From: a virus
Virus record (IMG/VR): IMGVR_UViG_3300032291_002405
Location: 2,282 to 66,281 of that record
Strand: one strand, 5' to 3'
Length of the DNA stretch: 64,000 nt
Shown piece by piece: positions 37,296 through 46,282 of the stretch (positions are counted from its first letter, which is position 1; each line of letters opens with the position of its first letter). The translations under genes and the position numbers were made by a program. The notes under the pieces were generated by a model. It made no database searches. It saw only the letters and a program-made list of their open reading frames with translations, and was not told the DNA's origin.

Positions 37296-39513
37296 ATTGA
37301 ATCACTTTAGAAACATTATCGGTTTTCTCAATTCTAACAACTGAGTTGGCCCACTGACCTACTAATGGATTGTGTGTTATCACAAATATTCTTTCAAAGT
37401 AATCTTTAATCTTACTGAAGAAATCACCAACCATTTCAAGATTTTCATTTGAAATTTTACCGAATACTTCATCGAAAACAATTATATTTGGTTTTGGTAA
37501 TGAACATATCTTACTTAATACTGCTCTTAATGCCAGTGATGCAATTGTTCTTTCAAATCCTGAACCGCTAACCATAAGTTTTTCAATACCTGTTGAATTA
37601 TCAATCATTACAAATTCAACTTCATTTTTTTCACTTATTCTAACCTCGAGCTTAAATAAAGCACTATCTTGAAGTAATCTTTGTAGTTCCTCATTTATTA
37701 ACGGCATCATTGTTTTCATAATCATCTTAGAAATTCCGTTTTTACCGTAGATTTCAAGATAAGACTTATATATTTTTTCTTTTTCGAATTCCTGAGCAAT
37801 TAAAGATATTTTATCATACTTCGAATTAATGTCTCGTTCAGAATTTTGAATCATGGTATTGTTATAAGATATTTTAGAAACGTGTTCGGACTTTTCTTTC
37901 TCAATCTCATTAATTCTTAAATTAGCTTTAATTATTTTTTCTTCAATACTCTTATTTTTTTCAATCTTATCTTGAACTTCATGATATCTTTTTAAAGTAT
38001 CTTGTGCTCTTTCTAATTTTAACTTTTCAGCCTCAAGAGTTAATTCGTACTTTTCACGAACTAATTTATTTCTTTCATATTCATAAAAATCTTTCTTAAG
38101 TTGAACAAAAAATTCTTCTTTGCCGTTTAACTCATGCCTTATCGATGTTTTTTGTTCTTTTTGTATGATATATCCGTCAAGTTCGGCGATTTTTGCATTT
38201 GTAATCGCCGCGTTCATTAACTCAATTCCACAATGTTCACATTTGATTCCACCTTCAACTGAAGATTTTAAACGATTGATTGACGATATTTCCGTGTCTA
38301 TTTTAACTATTTCACGATAAACCTCATTGATTTCTTCTTTAATTTTATCATGCTGGTCTTCATGATAATATTCTTTCGGTTCAACAACAACAACTTCGTT
38401 TATTTTCTTTTTAAGGTCGGATATTTTTAAATTAATATCTGAAATTGTCGATTCAAGATTTCTTGGATTTAAAATTAATAATTCATGGTCGATATCCGTA
38501 TATTTTTGACCAATTAAATCTTCTTTAAATTTTTTACCGGTTTCAAGTTTTTCATCAGATTCTTTAATACTATTTTCTAAGTTAAAAATGGAAACCTTAT
38601 AATCATTAATCTTAGTAACCAAATCATTGATTTCATTTTTTAATGTTTCAGTATTATAAACATTTGAAATCATGGACTTACTAAATGTTGAATATAACTC
38701 TTTACCCGCCTCTTCCTTTCTCTTAAGAAATTCTAAACCTAAAAACCTTGATAATACCTGTCCACGAGCTGTTGGTTTAGAATCAATTAAATCTTCAAGA
38801 TTGGATGCTGTTGTTAAAATAGTCATCAAAAAATCATCAATGTTACCTATCGAATTTTTGATAAAGCTTTCAGTTTCTCTTCTTTGTTCACCTGTGAAAT
38901 TTTGTAATTGACCATCAGGTAACTTTTTAAAGAAATCCAATTCCGTCTTTACATTCCATTCTCCCGACTTTGATTTCTTTCTGGTTATTTGTCTAACCAA
39001 AATATAATCTTCACCGTCAATGGTAATTTCACCTCTAACAGATACTTTATCCTTATCGGTAAATCTATTAAAAATTTCCTCGGCTTTAGATGTTTTAGTC
39101 GTTGTATTAAAAAATAAAAACAGTAATAAATCTACTGTTAATACTGTGTTGTGTGAAACAATTCCATTACTATAATATTGATGTACCTCAGCAACTTGAA
39201 TATCATATAGAGTATCTTTTTCCCCTAATATCTGAATATTAGTTACTGAACTATCCCCTTCCTTTGTTTGTATTTTATCACCTGTCTTAATATCTTTAAG
39301 TACAACAAATTCATTGTCTGTTTTTTTCAATCTATGGTAATCAGCACCTTCAACAAACATACCATTATCCAATTCACACCTATAAACATCGGCATTTTTT
39401 TCAGTTATACCGCACCATTCAATATTTTTATACCCATACGGTGTGTTAACTTTAAACCCTAAATCACCGTATTTTTGGTATAATTCGTACAATTCTTCAA
39501 TTTTAATTTTCAT
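37294..39513 (-). CDS. SbcC/Rad50 (gp46-like) ATPase, C-terminal fragment preceded by the split-intein C-part
   Basis: Residues 1-122 are intein-like and end YYSNGIVSHN/T; then coiled coil, CEHC zinc hook, SGSGFER signature, IVFDE Walker B, ITH. Confidence 0.9.
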   Translation of the reverse strand: MKIKIEELYELYQKYGDLGFKVNTPYGYKNIEWCGITEKNADVYRCELDNGMFVEGADYHRLKKTDNEFVVLKDIKTGDKIQTKEGDSSVTNIQILGEKDTLYDIQVAEVHQYYSNGIVSHNTVLTVDLLLFLFFNTTTKTSKAEEIFNRFTDKDKVSVRGEITIDGEDYILVRQITRKKSKSGEWNVKTELDFFKKLPDGQLQNFTGEQRRETESFIKNSIGNIDDFLMTILTTASNLEDLIDSKPTARGQVLSRFLGLEFLKRKEEAGKELYSTFSKSMISNVYNTETLKNEINDLVTKINDYKVSIFNLENSIKESDEKLETGKKFKEDLIGQKYTDIDHELLILNPRNLESTISDINLKISDLKKKINEVVVVEPKEYYHEDQHDKIKEEINEVYREIVKIDTEISSINRLKSSVEGGIKCEHCGIELMNAAITNAKIAELDGYIIQKEQKTSIRHELNGKEEFFVQLKKDFYEYERNKLVREKYELTLEAEKLKLERAQDTLKRYHEVQDKIEKNKSIEEKIIKANLRINEIEKEKSEHVSKISYNNTMIQNSERDINSKYDKISLIAQEFEKEKIYKSYLEIYGKNGISKMIMKTMMPLINEELQRLLQDSALFKLEVRISEKNEVEFVMIDNSTGIEKLMVSGSGFERTIASLALRAVLSKICSLPKPNIIVFDEVFGKISNENLEMVGDFFSKIKDYFERIFVITHNPLVGQWANSVVRIEKTDNVSKVIQ
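39148..39513 (-). mobile_element. split intein C-fragment (122 aa)
   Basis: Block B-like VEGADYH, block F LYDIQV, block G SHN with Thr+1; no N-terminal Cys/Ser block A. Confidence 0.88.
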
Positions 39514-40513
39514 TTTTTAAAAATTTTAAACATTTTTTTATTACTTTTTCTTTATCTTTTTTGTATTCGGAATCCCATATAACTAAAACATCAAACATAT
39601 GTTTATTTGCAAGCTCAATCTTAGTATTGTCCTTTTTCCATATATCTTCGGATGTAATATTCTTACGAAAAGGGTTTGGGGTTTCACTTATTGTGTAAAT
39701 TTTTGGATTGGCGTGGTAATTATCACCATTATATTCAATAATTTTTTTATTTAATAAATCGGTAAAATCATACCGATAAAATCCATCATTATCTGTTAAC
39801 ACAAACTCACCCCCTTTTTTAGCAAACATTATATAATTCAATTCCTCAATATTTTTATAATATTTTAACAACTCAAAAAATAAGTCTTGCGACACTTTGG
39901 AATATCCAGATTTTAAATTACCATTCTTATATAGCGATTCTTGCCATTTTTTTTGTCTTTCGTTGAATATTTTTTTTCCATCTTTTTTACCATATTTTTC
40001 AATACATTTAATCAAACTAAACTTATTCTGACCTTCAGATACTTTCTTTTTTGACTCATCATTAGAGAACCCTCGACTTATCCAATATTCAACACGTCTT
40101 GGTGAATTTAATATACCTTCTTTAATTTTTTTTTCTCTAAATAATTTTATACCTTCCAATTCACCGTATTTAATAATAAAAGCCCTTTCAGTATTCATTA
40201 AATGAAGTTCAGTCTTTAATTTAGATTCCTCAATTGAAAACCCTCGACTTAACCAATATTCAACAAAATTCGGTTTCATCTCTTTAACTTTCAATTTAGC
40301 ATTTTCTTCACTCAATCCTCTTTCAACCCAATATTTAACACTAAATGCCGACCCTTTAATAATTTTAACGTCATTATCTTGTAGTCTTTTTATAACAACA
40401 GAATTATCGACGTTATATTTTTCAGAAATAAATCTAGTTGATTTCATTTCATTTACATACAAATTAATCATATCGTTAATTTGACTTTCACTAAAGTTAT
40501 AAACTTTTCCCAT
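39503..40513 (-). CDS. free-standing homing-type endonuclease (Vsr/DUF559-like C-terminal nuclease, repeated N-terminal modules)
   Basis: YRYDF...KIIEYNGDNYH...WKKD...VLVIWDSE; three (K/E)YW..RG(F/L)S repeats; TATTTAT at 40527-40533, likely start 40513. Confidence 0.8.
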   Translation of the reverse strand: MGKVYNFSESQINDMINLYVNEMKSTRFISEKYNVDNSVVIKRLQDNDVKIIKGSAFSVKYWVERGLSEENAKLKVKEMKPNFVEYWLSRGFSIEESKLKTELHLMNTERAFIIKYGELEGIKLFREKKIKEGILNSPRRVEYWISRGFSNDESKKKVSEGQNKFSLIKCIEKYGKKDGKKIFNERQKKWQESLYKNGNLKSGYSKVSQDLFFELLKYYKNIEELNYIMFAKKGGEFVLTDNDGFYRYDFTDLLNKKIIEYNGDNYHANPKIYTISETPNPFRKNITSEDIWKKDNTKIELANKHMFDVLVIWDSEYKKDKEKVIKKCLKFLKNEN

Positions 40514-40569
40514 AACCTTTTTAATTATAAATATAACCGTCAAACTAAAAAGGTAATGAGACAATGTTA

Positions 40570-41187
40570 CTATTTTAACTCATCAGGTAAAAATCCCAAC
40601 TTATTTATTATATAATCAATATCAAAATCAATTTCAATATCCGTATTACCTCTAACGCATTTTCCACCAAAATTAGGAGGATTGGATTCAACAACAGTTA
40701 TACCATTACACTTTTCAAAATCCAACACTTGATTATCACCATACGATAGAAAATTACCAAATTCAATTTTCTTTATATACCATTTTTTAAATGCTGTTAC
40801 CTCCTCATCGTTTATTTTTGCTTCAACAGCATTGTCTAAATCGATAACTTGTTCATAGATATTTTCCTGACCTTTTTGTTTTAAAAGTTCTTTTAATAAT
40901 TCTACTTGATAATTTCGGTCCATAATGTTTAACGAAACATCTACAGTTTGTTGAACATCTTTCGATGTTTTAACTTTTGTTAAAACGTTAACATTTGTTG
41001 AATTATATTTTTTTGAAAAATAATTTCGAATACTTTTAACCCTTTCTTGCGTAAAGTTTTCAGCGTTATCTTCCCATACAACTTGTATATATGGATTTTC
41101 TATTTTAGATACATCTAACTTATGTTCCATATACTTATAATTCGGTGTTGGTGGTGGGTTGAACAAGTCCATTATTTTCTGTATCAC
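40570..41187 (-). CDS. SbcC/Rad50 N-terminal fragment ending in the split-intein N-part
   Basis: IKKIEFGNFLSYG...GITVVESNPPNFGGK, then CVRGNTDIEI... and a stop. Confidence 0.88.
   Translation of the reverse strand: MIQKIMDLFNPPPTPNYKYMEHKLDVSKIENPYIQVVWEDNAENFTQERVKSIRNYFSKKYNSTNVNVLTKVKTSKDVQQTVDVSLNIMDRNYQVELLKELLKQKGQENIYEQVIDLDNAVEAKINDEEVTAFKKWYIKKIEFGNFLSYGDNQVLDFEKCNGITVVESNPPNFGGKCVRGNTDIEIDFDIDYIINKLGFLPDELK
40573..40659 (-). mobile_element. split intein N-fragment (29 aa)
   Basis: Block A CVRGNTDIEI directly after the Walker A lysine, followed by a stop codon. Confidence 0.85.
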
Positions 41188-41341
41188 CTGACGATTTCAC
41201 GTATTCTTCGTGCATATCTTTCAAGTGTTTAATTAATGTTTCATTATACAATGTTTGCATTTTCTTTGCTTCTTGTTGTCTCGTTTGATTTCTTTGAGCA
41301 ACTTTCTTCTTGTGATTTTTTCTATTTCTTGATACTGGCAT
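41135..41341 (-). CDS. small basic hypothetical protein
   Basis: MPVSRNRKNHKKKV... Confidence 0.6.
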   Translation of the reverse strand: MPVSRNRKNHKKKVAQRNQTRQQEAKKMQTLYNETLIKHLKDMHEEYVKSSGDTENNGLVQPTTNTEL

Positions 41342-41358
41342 AACCAATTATAATTAAT

Positions 41359-41694
41359 TTATTTTTTATTTTCAAACCATTCGATAATTGCATTAATTGC
41401 CCATACCGAACCTGACGCTAACATACCGTCAAAAAATGTACTTATTACAATATGAGTATCGTAAGAATATTTTGTTGGTGAAAATAAAACCAAACTCATA
41501 AAAAATCCGCACCACGCGGATGTACACATCATACAGGAAATTAATCCCGATAAAAATTTTCCAAGTCCTTGAAATGGGGCATGTTCATCCTCACCCCATT
41601 TGTGAAGTCCTCTTCTTAATGGTTCAAAAATTGAACCGTACACTAAAATTTGGCTCATTCCATAAGCCGCTAAAATCCAAATTGTTAACCACAT
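41359..41694 (-). CDS. membrane protein (DUF1360-like)
   Basis: IFEPLR...LISCMMCTSAW; three TM segments. Confidence 0.65.
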   Translation of the reverse strand: MWLTIWILAAYGMSQILVYGSIFEPLRRGLHKWGEDEHAPFQGLGKFLSGLISCMMCTSAWCGFFMSLVLFSPTKYSYDTHIVISTFFDGMLASGSVWAINAIIEWFENKK

Positions 41695-41698
41695 ATTT

Positions 41699-42325
41699 TT
41701 ATTTATATAAATTGTCCCCTAAGTTTGATGACCGTAAATAAACCGCAGATTTTTCTTGTGATTTATTCAGTTGGTCTATTTGTTCTTTTAATTGTTTTAT
41801 CTCATTATCTTTTTCACGAATCTTACCCATCAATGTCTGTACTGTTTGTTGTAGTTGTTGAGTTCTATCATCGTCTAATTTTGGTGTATTTTGGAAAATT
41901 TTTTCCATTTCTTGGTTTTTAGTGGAAAATTCTCTCTTTTCATTTTCCAACTCTTGTATTTTTAACAATAATTCACTGTTGTCAGTTTTGTCGTAAATTT
42001 TTACTATTTTTTCGACAGGTATTTCCTTAACCACTTCAACAATTTTATCAACCGGTACCTCTTTTACAACCTCAACAATCTTTTCAACAATAACTTCTTT
42101 TATTACTTCAACAGGTATTTCCACCCGTTTTTCACGAATAACCTCCTTTTCCACCCATTTTTCTTGTTCTCCACCCATTTTTCCTAAAAGTCCGTATTTT
42201 TCAATATTGTATCCCGTCTTTAAACTTTTTTTCAAAACTTTATCGAAATCAACATTATTTAACTCACAAAACTTTTTAATGTCTTGTAATTCATAATCCG
42301 TAATATTAATTTCAACTTTTCCCAT
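41699..42325 (-). CDS. coiled-coil protein with VEKIVEVVKEVP repeats
   Basis: Low-complexity V/E/K repeats. Confidence 0.7.
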   Translation of the reverse strand: MGKVEINITDYELQDIKKFCELNNVDFDKVLKKSLKTGYNIEKYGLLGKMGGEQEKWVEKEVIREKRVEIPVEVIKEVIVEKIVEVVKEVPVDKIVEVVKEIPVEKIVKIYDKTDNSELLLKIQELENEKREFSTKNQEMEKIFQNTPKLDDDRTQQLQQTVQTLMGKIREKDNEIKQLKEQIDQLNKSQEKSAVYLRSSNLGDNLYK

Positions 42326-43107
42326 TAATAATTCTTTAATTTTTCAGAACCCGATTCTATAACCGAATAATCGTCAATGTTGAACACCAAGAATGGTTTT
42401 GAATTGTGTAAATCAACAAATTCATATTTATCAGAACTCACATCATAAATTCCATATCCGTGATTCCTTACACTTTCCCCGAAGTTATGTTGAATGATTG
42501 ACCCCACCATATACGCCTTCTTCTTATTGGGGATATCAAATACTTGTCGCTTATGAATATCACCACAAAACACAACGTCACAACCCATAAAACGATGTGT
42601 ATCAAACCCTTCTTCAAATTTGTACCCAATATCCGTAGTAAGTCCAACAATTGGACCGTGGAATAACCCAATTTTAATGTTGTCGGAATTCGGGTCAATA
42701 TCCGGAGTAATGTTATGGTCCATAAGTGAATAAACCACCCAATCAATATTTTCATCTTTATATACACCTCTGTTTTTATAATAATAAATGTATTCATTCT
42801 TAAGAGAACCAATAATTGGTGTCAATGCATCCAATCTTGACATATTGTTTTCCAAAAAGTCATGATTACCAATGATAACAATTGTTTTTGCAATCTTAGA
42901 ACATTCTGTTAGTACCCATGAAACCATTTCAATAAGTTCGGGTGTCATTTGATTTTTTGAATGTACTAAATCACCAGTAAAAACAATTCGGTCAGGAGCA
43001 ATTTCACCCCACTGCTTAAACATATCTTCAAGAATTGATTTATACAATTCATGGTCTTTAAACATACGAATATGTAAGTCAGAAAAATGTACTATTTTAT
43101 TAATCAT
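42325..43107 (-). CDS. SbcD/Mre11 (gp47-like) nuclease subunit
   Basis: SDLHI, TGDLVH, GNHD, FHG, GDIH, GS..QHNFGE. Confidence 0.88.
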   Translation of the reverse strand: MINKIVHFSDLHIRMFKDHELYKSILEDMFKQWGEIAPDRIVFTGDLVHSKNQMTPELIEMVSWVLTECSKIAKTIVIIGNHDFLENNMSRLDALTPIIGSLKNEYIYYYKNRGVYKDENIDWVVYSLMDHNITPDIDPNSDNIKIGLFHGPIVGLTTDIGYKFEEGFDTHRFMGCDVVFCGDIHKRQVFDIPNKKKAYMVGSIIQHNFGESVRNHGYGIYDVSSDKYEFVDLHNSKPFLVFNIDDYSVIESGSEKLKNY

Positions 43108-43109
43108 GT

Positions 43110-43316
43110 TTATTCAAATATTTTAAAATCATCATTTATATGCCCACACTCAGCACATCTATATGTTGGGAATGGAACAATGGTATCTTGTGGTGAACCC
43201 GTAATAAGTTTAGAAACTTTTTTAATCATTGTTACTTCATTAAAAAAAACACTTTGACACTGTTCACATTTAACTGTCGGTTGTTCTTTTAAATTTATAT
43301 TAAAATCTTTATCCAT
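43110..43316 (-). CDS. zinc-ribbon protein
   Basis: CEQC...CAECGH; likely start MDKDF at 43316. Confidence 0.75.
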   Translation of the reverse strand: MDKDFNINLKEQPTVKCEQCQSVFFNEVTMIKKVSKLITGSPQDTIVPFPTYRCAECGHINDDFKIFE

Positions 43317-43322
43317 GTATGA

Positions 43323-43351
43323 ATTATACATAATTTAACACCATAAATCAA
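43323..43351 (-). promoter_or_regulatory. sigma70-type promoter TTGATT-N17-TATAAT
   Basis: Exact spacing; ATG 6 nt downstream of the -10 element. Confidence 0.65.
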
Positions 43352-43355
43352 TTTT

Positions 43356-44129
43356 TTATTTATTATTAATGTGGTGTTCAATCATTGTTTTAAGTTCTGC
43401 CGTTAAATCTTTACATTTATAGATTTTATAATTTTCATTATTTTCATTTATCCAAATCAAATAACTATTACCTAATTTTAAATTGGTATTTTTTTCGATG
43501 ATATGTTTATATAGACCTAATTGAAGGGAATATGTATTAATTTCGCAAACATCTAAATGTGATATCGGCGATTTAAACCGTTCCCCGAAATCGTTTTTTT
43601 CTTTGATAGCTTTATTCGTTTTATAATCCCATATTTCCAACATAGTTGATTTTTTGTTATAGAACAAACAGTCAATCATACCCGCAATTTCATAATCATG
43701 GTCACAAACAACCAATTCCATTTTCACAGGTATTAGATTTTCAGAAGCATCCGCCCAAAACTTTTTAAATATAAGCTCACACTTATCATAATTTTCTTTA
43801 ATTATGTCTAACCCAAAAGCATTAATAGCGACTGATGGGTCATATGGAAATGATTTATTATTCCACCAATTCTCGGCCATATTATGGACCAAAGTACCTT
43901 TTACGGTCGATATGTCCCTTTTTAAATCCCAATCCGCAATAACATCATTAACATCCAACTTTCTTCGGTTAGCATATTGTTCAGCCATTCTTTGAGTTTC
44001 AAATTTTGGTTTAAAATTACCAATAAATGTTGTTGCTGAAACATATTCCCTTCCATTCACATAATATTTGTGTGGACCATCAAAATATTTAACGTCGTTA
44101 AATTTAGCTAATTCTAAAATAGTATCCAT
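43356..44129 (-). CDS. PD-(D/E)XK exonuclease (RecB/Cas4-like fold)
   Basis: GTLVH, E..V, AGMID, IWDYKT, YSLQL..Y. Confidence 0.85.
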   Translation of the reverse strand: MDTILELAKFNDVKYFDGPHKYYVNGREYVSATTFIGNFKPKFETQRMAEQYANRRKLDVNDVIADWDLKRDISTVKGTLVHNMAENWWNNKSFPYDPSVAINAFGLDIIKENYDKCELIFKKFWADASENLIPVKMELVVCDHDYEIAGMIDCLFYNKKSTMLEIWDYKTNKAIKEKNDFGERFKSPISHLDVCEINTYSLQLGLYKHIIEKNTNLKLGNSYLIWINENNENYKIYKCKDLTAELKTMIEHHINNK

Positions 44130-45052
44130 TATCTTTCTAATTGTATAAAATATTCGGGTAATAATTCACCCCTTAAATCCGCAATGTCCTTACCATCAGG
44201 TAATTTAACCACTTTTATCCTTCCGTATAGTCTACCACCACTTAATTTAAAATATAATCGTTTAGAATCTTCCCAAGCGTCAGAATCTAAAACAATAATA
44301 ATATCTTTCTTCGCCTTGTCATATAACTTTTCAAATAAAATATCAGACATCTTCTTACCTAAAAGAGCTATTGAATTTGGTAGAAATAAAGCGTCAAATG
44401 GCCCTTCACATAAATGAATGTCTTGTTCCCAATCAATTAGACTTTCATTAAAAATGATGATTTGTTTTTCAGCCTCAGGGTTTTTATATTTTGACTTTGA
44501 ATTTGGATTCCATGAACGACCTGTATAATAATTAAGTTCACCTTCATCATCAAACGATGGGATAATAATCCTATTTGCATAATCACCTTCCAAAGAATAC
44601 CCTATTTGGTGTTTCTGAATCATTTCATCTGTAACACCTCGTCTTTTAAGGTAATTTCGCATTTCCCTAAATGGTATGTGATATTGGTTCCCATCGGTCG
44701 CCAATTTAAAATCTTTGGGTAATTTTAATTCATCATATTCTTTATTAACCCGTTTAAATTCATCAGGTCTTATAAGTTCATAAAGTTCTTTGTCTTTCTT
44801 TTTACCATATCGGTCAATCAGATAACCAAGATGTCCCTTGGTATTATGGGTTTCTCCGCAAACCCAACATTTAAAAACATGTTGAGAATAGTTGATTTCT
44901 AAATTACCTTTACCATCAAGTCTATCTAAACCCTTTAAATCATACGAACACACGGGGCAATCATAGGATATTTGACCTCTGGACTCATAATGTAACTTGG
45001 ATTTACCAAAAATACCATCAAGTAGTTCCACCATTAAGGCATTATCTTCCAT
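44129..45052 (-). CDS. DNA primase (zinc finger + TOPRIM)
   Basis: CPVC...CWVC, RIIIP, KYKNP, CEGPFDA, LDSDA. Confidence 0.9.
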   Translation of the reverse strand: MEDNALMVELLDGIFGKSKLHYESRGQISYDCPVCSYDLKGLDRLDGKGNLEINYSQHVFKCWVCGETHNTKGHLGYLIDRYGKKKDKELYELIRPDEFKRVNKEYDELKLPKDFKLATDGNQYHIPFREMRNYLKRRGVTDEMIQKHQIGYSLEGDYANRIIIPSFDDEGELNYYTGRSWNPNSKSKYKNPEAEKQIIIFNESLIDWEQDIHLCEGPFDALFLPNSIALLGKKMSDILFEKLYDKAKKDIIIVLDSDAWEDSKRLYFKLSGGRLYGRIKVVKLPDGKDIADLRGELLPEYFIQLER

Positions 45053-45058
45053 AATTGG

Positions 45059-45087
45059 AATATAATTAAAATGTAAAAGAAAATCAA
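45059..45087 (-). promoter_or_regulatory. sigma70-type promoter TTGATT-N17-TATATT
   Basis: Exact 17-nt spacer; primase ATG 6 nt downstream. Confidence 0.6.
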
Positions 45088-45088
45088 A

Positions 45089-45697
45089 TTACCAAAAAGA
45101 ATTCATTTTCATATACCCTCTAACACAGGTATAAGCATCTGATTGGTCAAAACATTCTTTTTTTAGTGTAACATTTTTAGTATATAACCAAACAATTTGA
45201 GGTTCTTGTTTTGAAACCAAATCCCAAATGACCGCCTTTTTATCAATATCTTTAGGATAACCACCAAACAATGTTTCACGATTTTTATCATTCTTACCCA
45301 TTAATTGAGGCCATGCATATTTTCTCGAATTATATGTTGATATATAATCAGGAATTACACCTAATGTATCATATATCGCCTTAGTTATCATTGCATTATA
45401 TTTCATTAAAGTACCGACAGTATTAACATTATTGGACCCTAACAATGGTTCTTCAATTATTACCTTTGTGATTCCAAGATTTTTATAATCCTTCAACTTT
45501 TCAATAAAAGCATCAACTTTTAAAATCATTTCTTCAACCTTGTTATCAGGTTTTGGTTTTATTATCGGTGAAAAGTGTGTTAATTCTAAAAGTTTCTCCG
45601 TTTTAATATCAAACAACGCCCACCCAATAGTTCGAGTTGAAACGTCTAATCCCAAAACTTTGGGGGAGTTTTTTAAATCCTGTTTTTTAACTGTCAT
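45089..45697 (-). CDS. RuvC-like Holliday junction resolvase
   Basis: VLGLDVST..IGWA, VIIEE, FDQSDA. Confidence 0.8.
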   Translation of the reverse strand: MTVKKQDLKNSPKVLGLDVSTRTIGWALFDIKTEKLLELTHFSPIIKPKPDNKVEEMILKVDAFIEKLKDYKNLGITKVIIEEPLLGSNNVNTVGTLMKYNAMITKAIYDTLGVIPDYISTYNSRKYAWPQLMGKNDKNRETLFGGYPKDIDKKAVIWDLVSKQEPQIVWLYTKNVTLKKECFDQSDAYTCVRGYMKMNSFW

Positions 45698-45757
45698 TTA
45701 TATTAAAAATATATATGTTTTTATTTAAATAAGTAAATAATATGAAATGTTTGCTAA

Positions 45758-46282
45758 TTAAACATAAAATATTAAATAATCGTCATGATTGTAATTTTCA
45801 ATAATATTCAAATGTAATGTGTTTCGATAATGGTCATATTTGTTTAATTTTTCAGTATGGCTCTTCATTAGTGTTTTGATTATTATGTCGAGCTCTCCTT
45901 GATTTCTATTAAAGTTTAACACCTTACATTTAATTTGTAATCCTGTTTCATTTTTTATAATAAAAAACTCTTGCCCGGGTCTTTTTACAATAGAGCCTCC
46001 TTTAAAATCTTTAATTATCAATTCACCATTAACCACAGGTCCTAATATTGACCTCTTGGTTGCCTGAAACGCCTTATATTCTACTTTATTTAAAGCGTCC
46101 ATTATTACACTTTGTAATTCTTCTAAAGTTATATCAGAATCATTTTCTTTTCGTGTCATTCTTTCTTCGGCATGATTACTTAGAATAAATCTAATAGTGT
46201 TCTTACCATCATTATAATTGATAATTGGGTTTTGAATCATTGATTCGATTAATAATCGATATATAACATTAAGTAATTTCAT
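45758..46282 (-). CDS. hypothetical protein (S.HA.ERM motif)
   Basis: 174 aa; N-terminus MKLLNVIYRLLIES. Confidence 0.65.
   Translation of the reverse strand: MKLLNVIYRLLIESMIQNPIINYNDGKNTIRFILSNHAEERMTRKENDSDITLEELQSVIMDALNKVEYKAFQATKRSILGPVVNGELIIKDFKGGSIVKRPGQEFFIIKNETGLQIKCKVLNFNRNQGELDIIIKTLMKSHTEKLNKYDHYRNTLHLNIIENYNHDDYLIFYV

Noticed and set aside
39503-40570. Group I intron carrying the endonuclease
   Set aside because: Almost no non-coding sequence is available for a ribozyme core, and both flanks are explained by intein fragments with their own stop and start.
43356-44129. Cas4 as part of a CRISPR system
   Set aside because: Solo PD-(D/E)XK nuclease in a replication module; no Fe-S cysteine cluster pattern, array or other cas genes.
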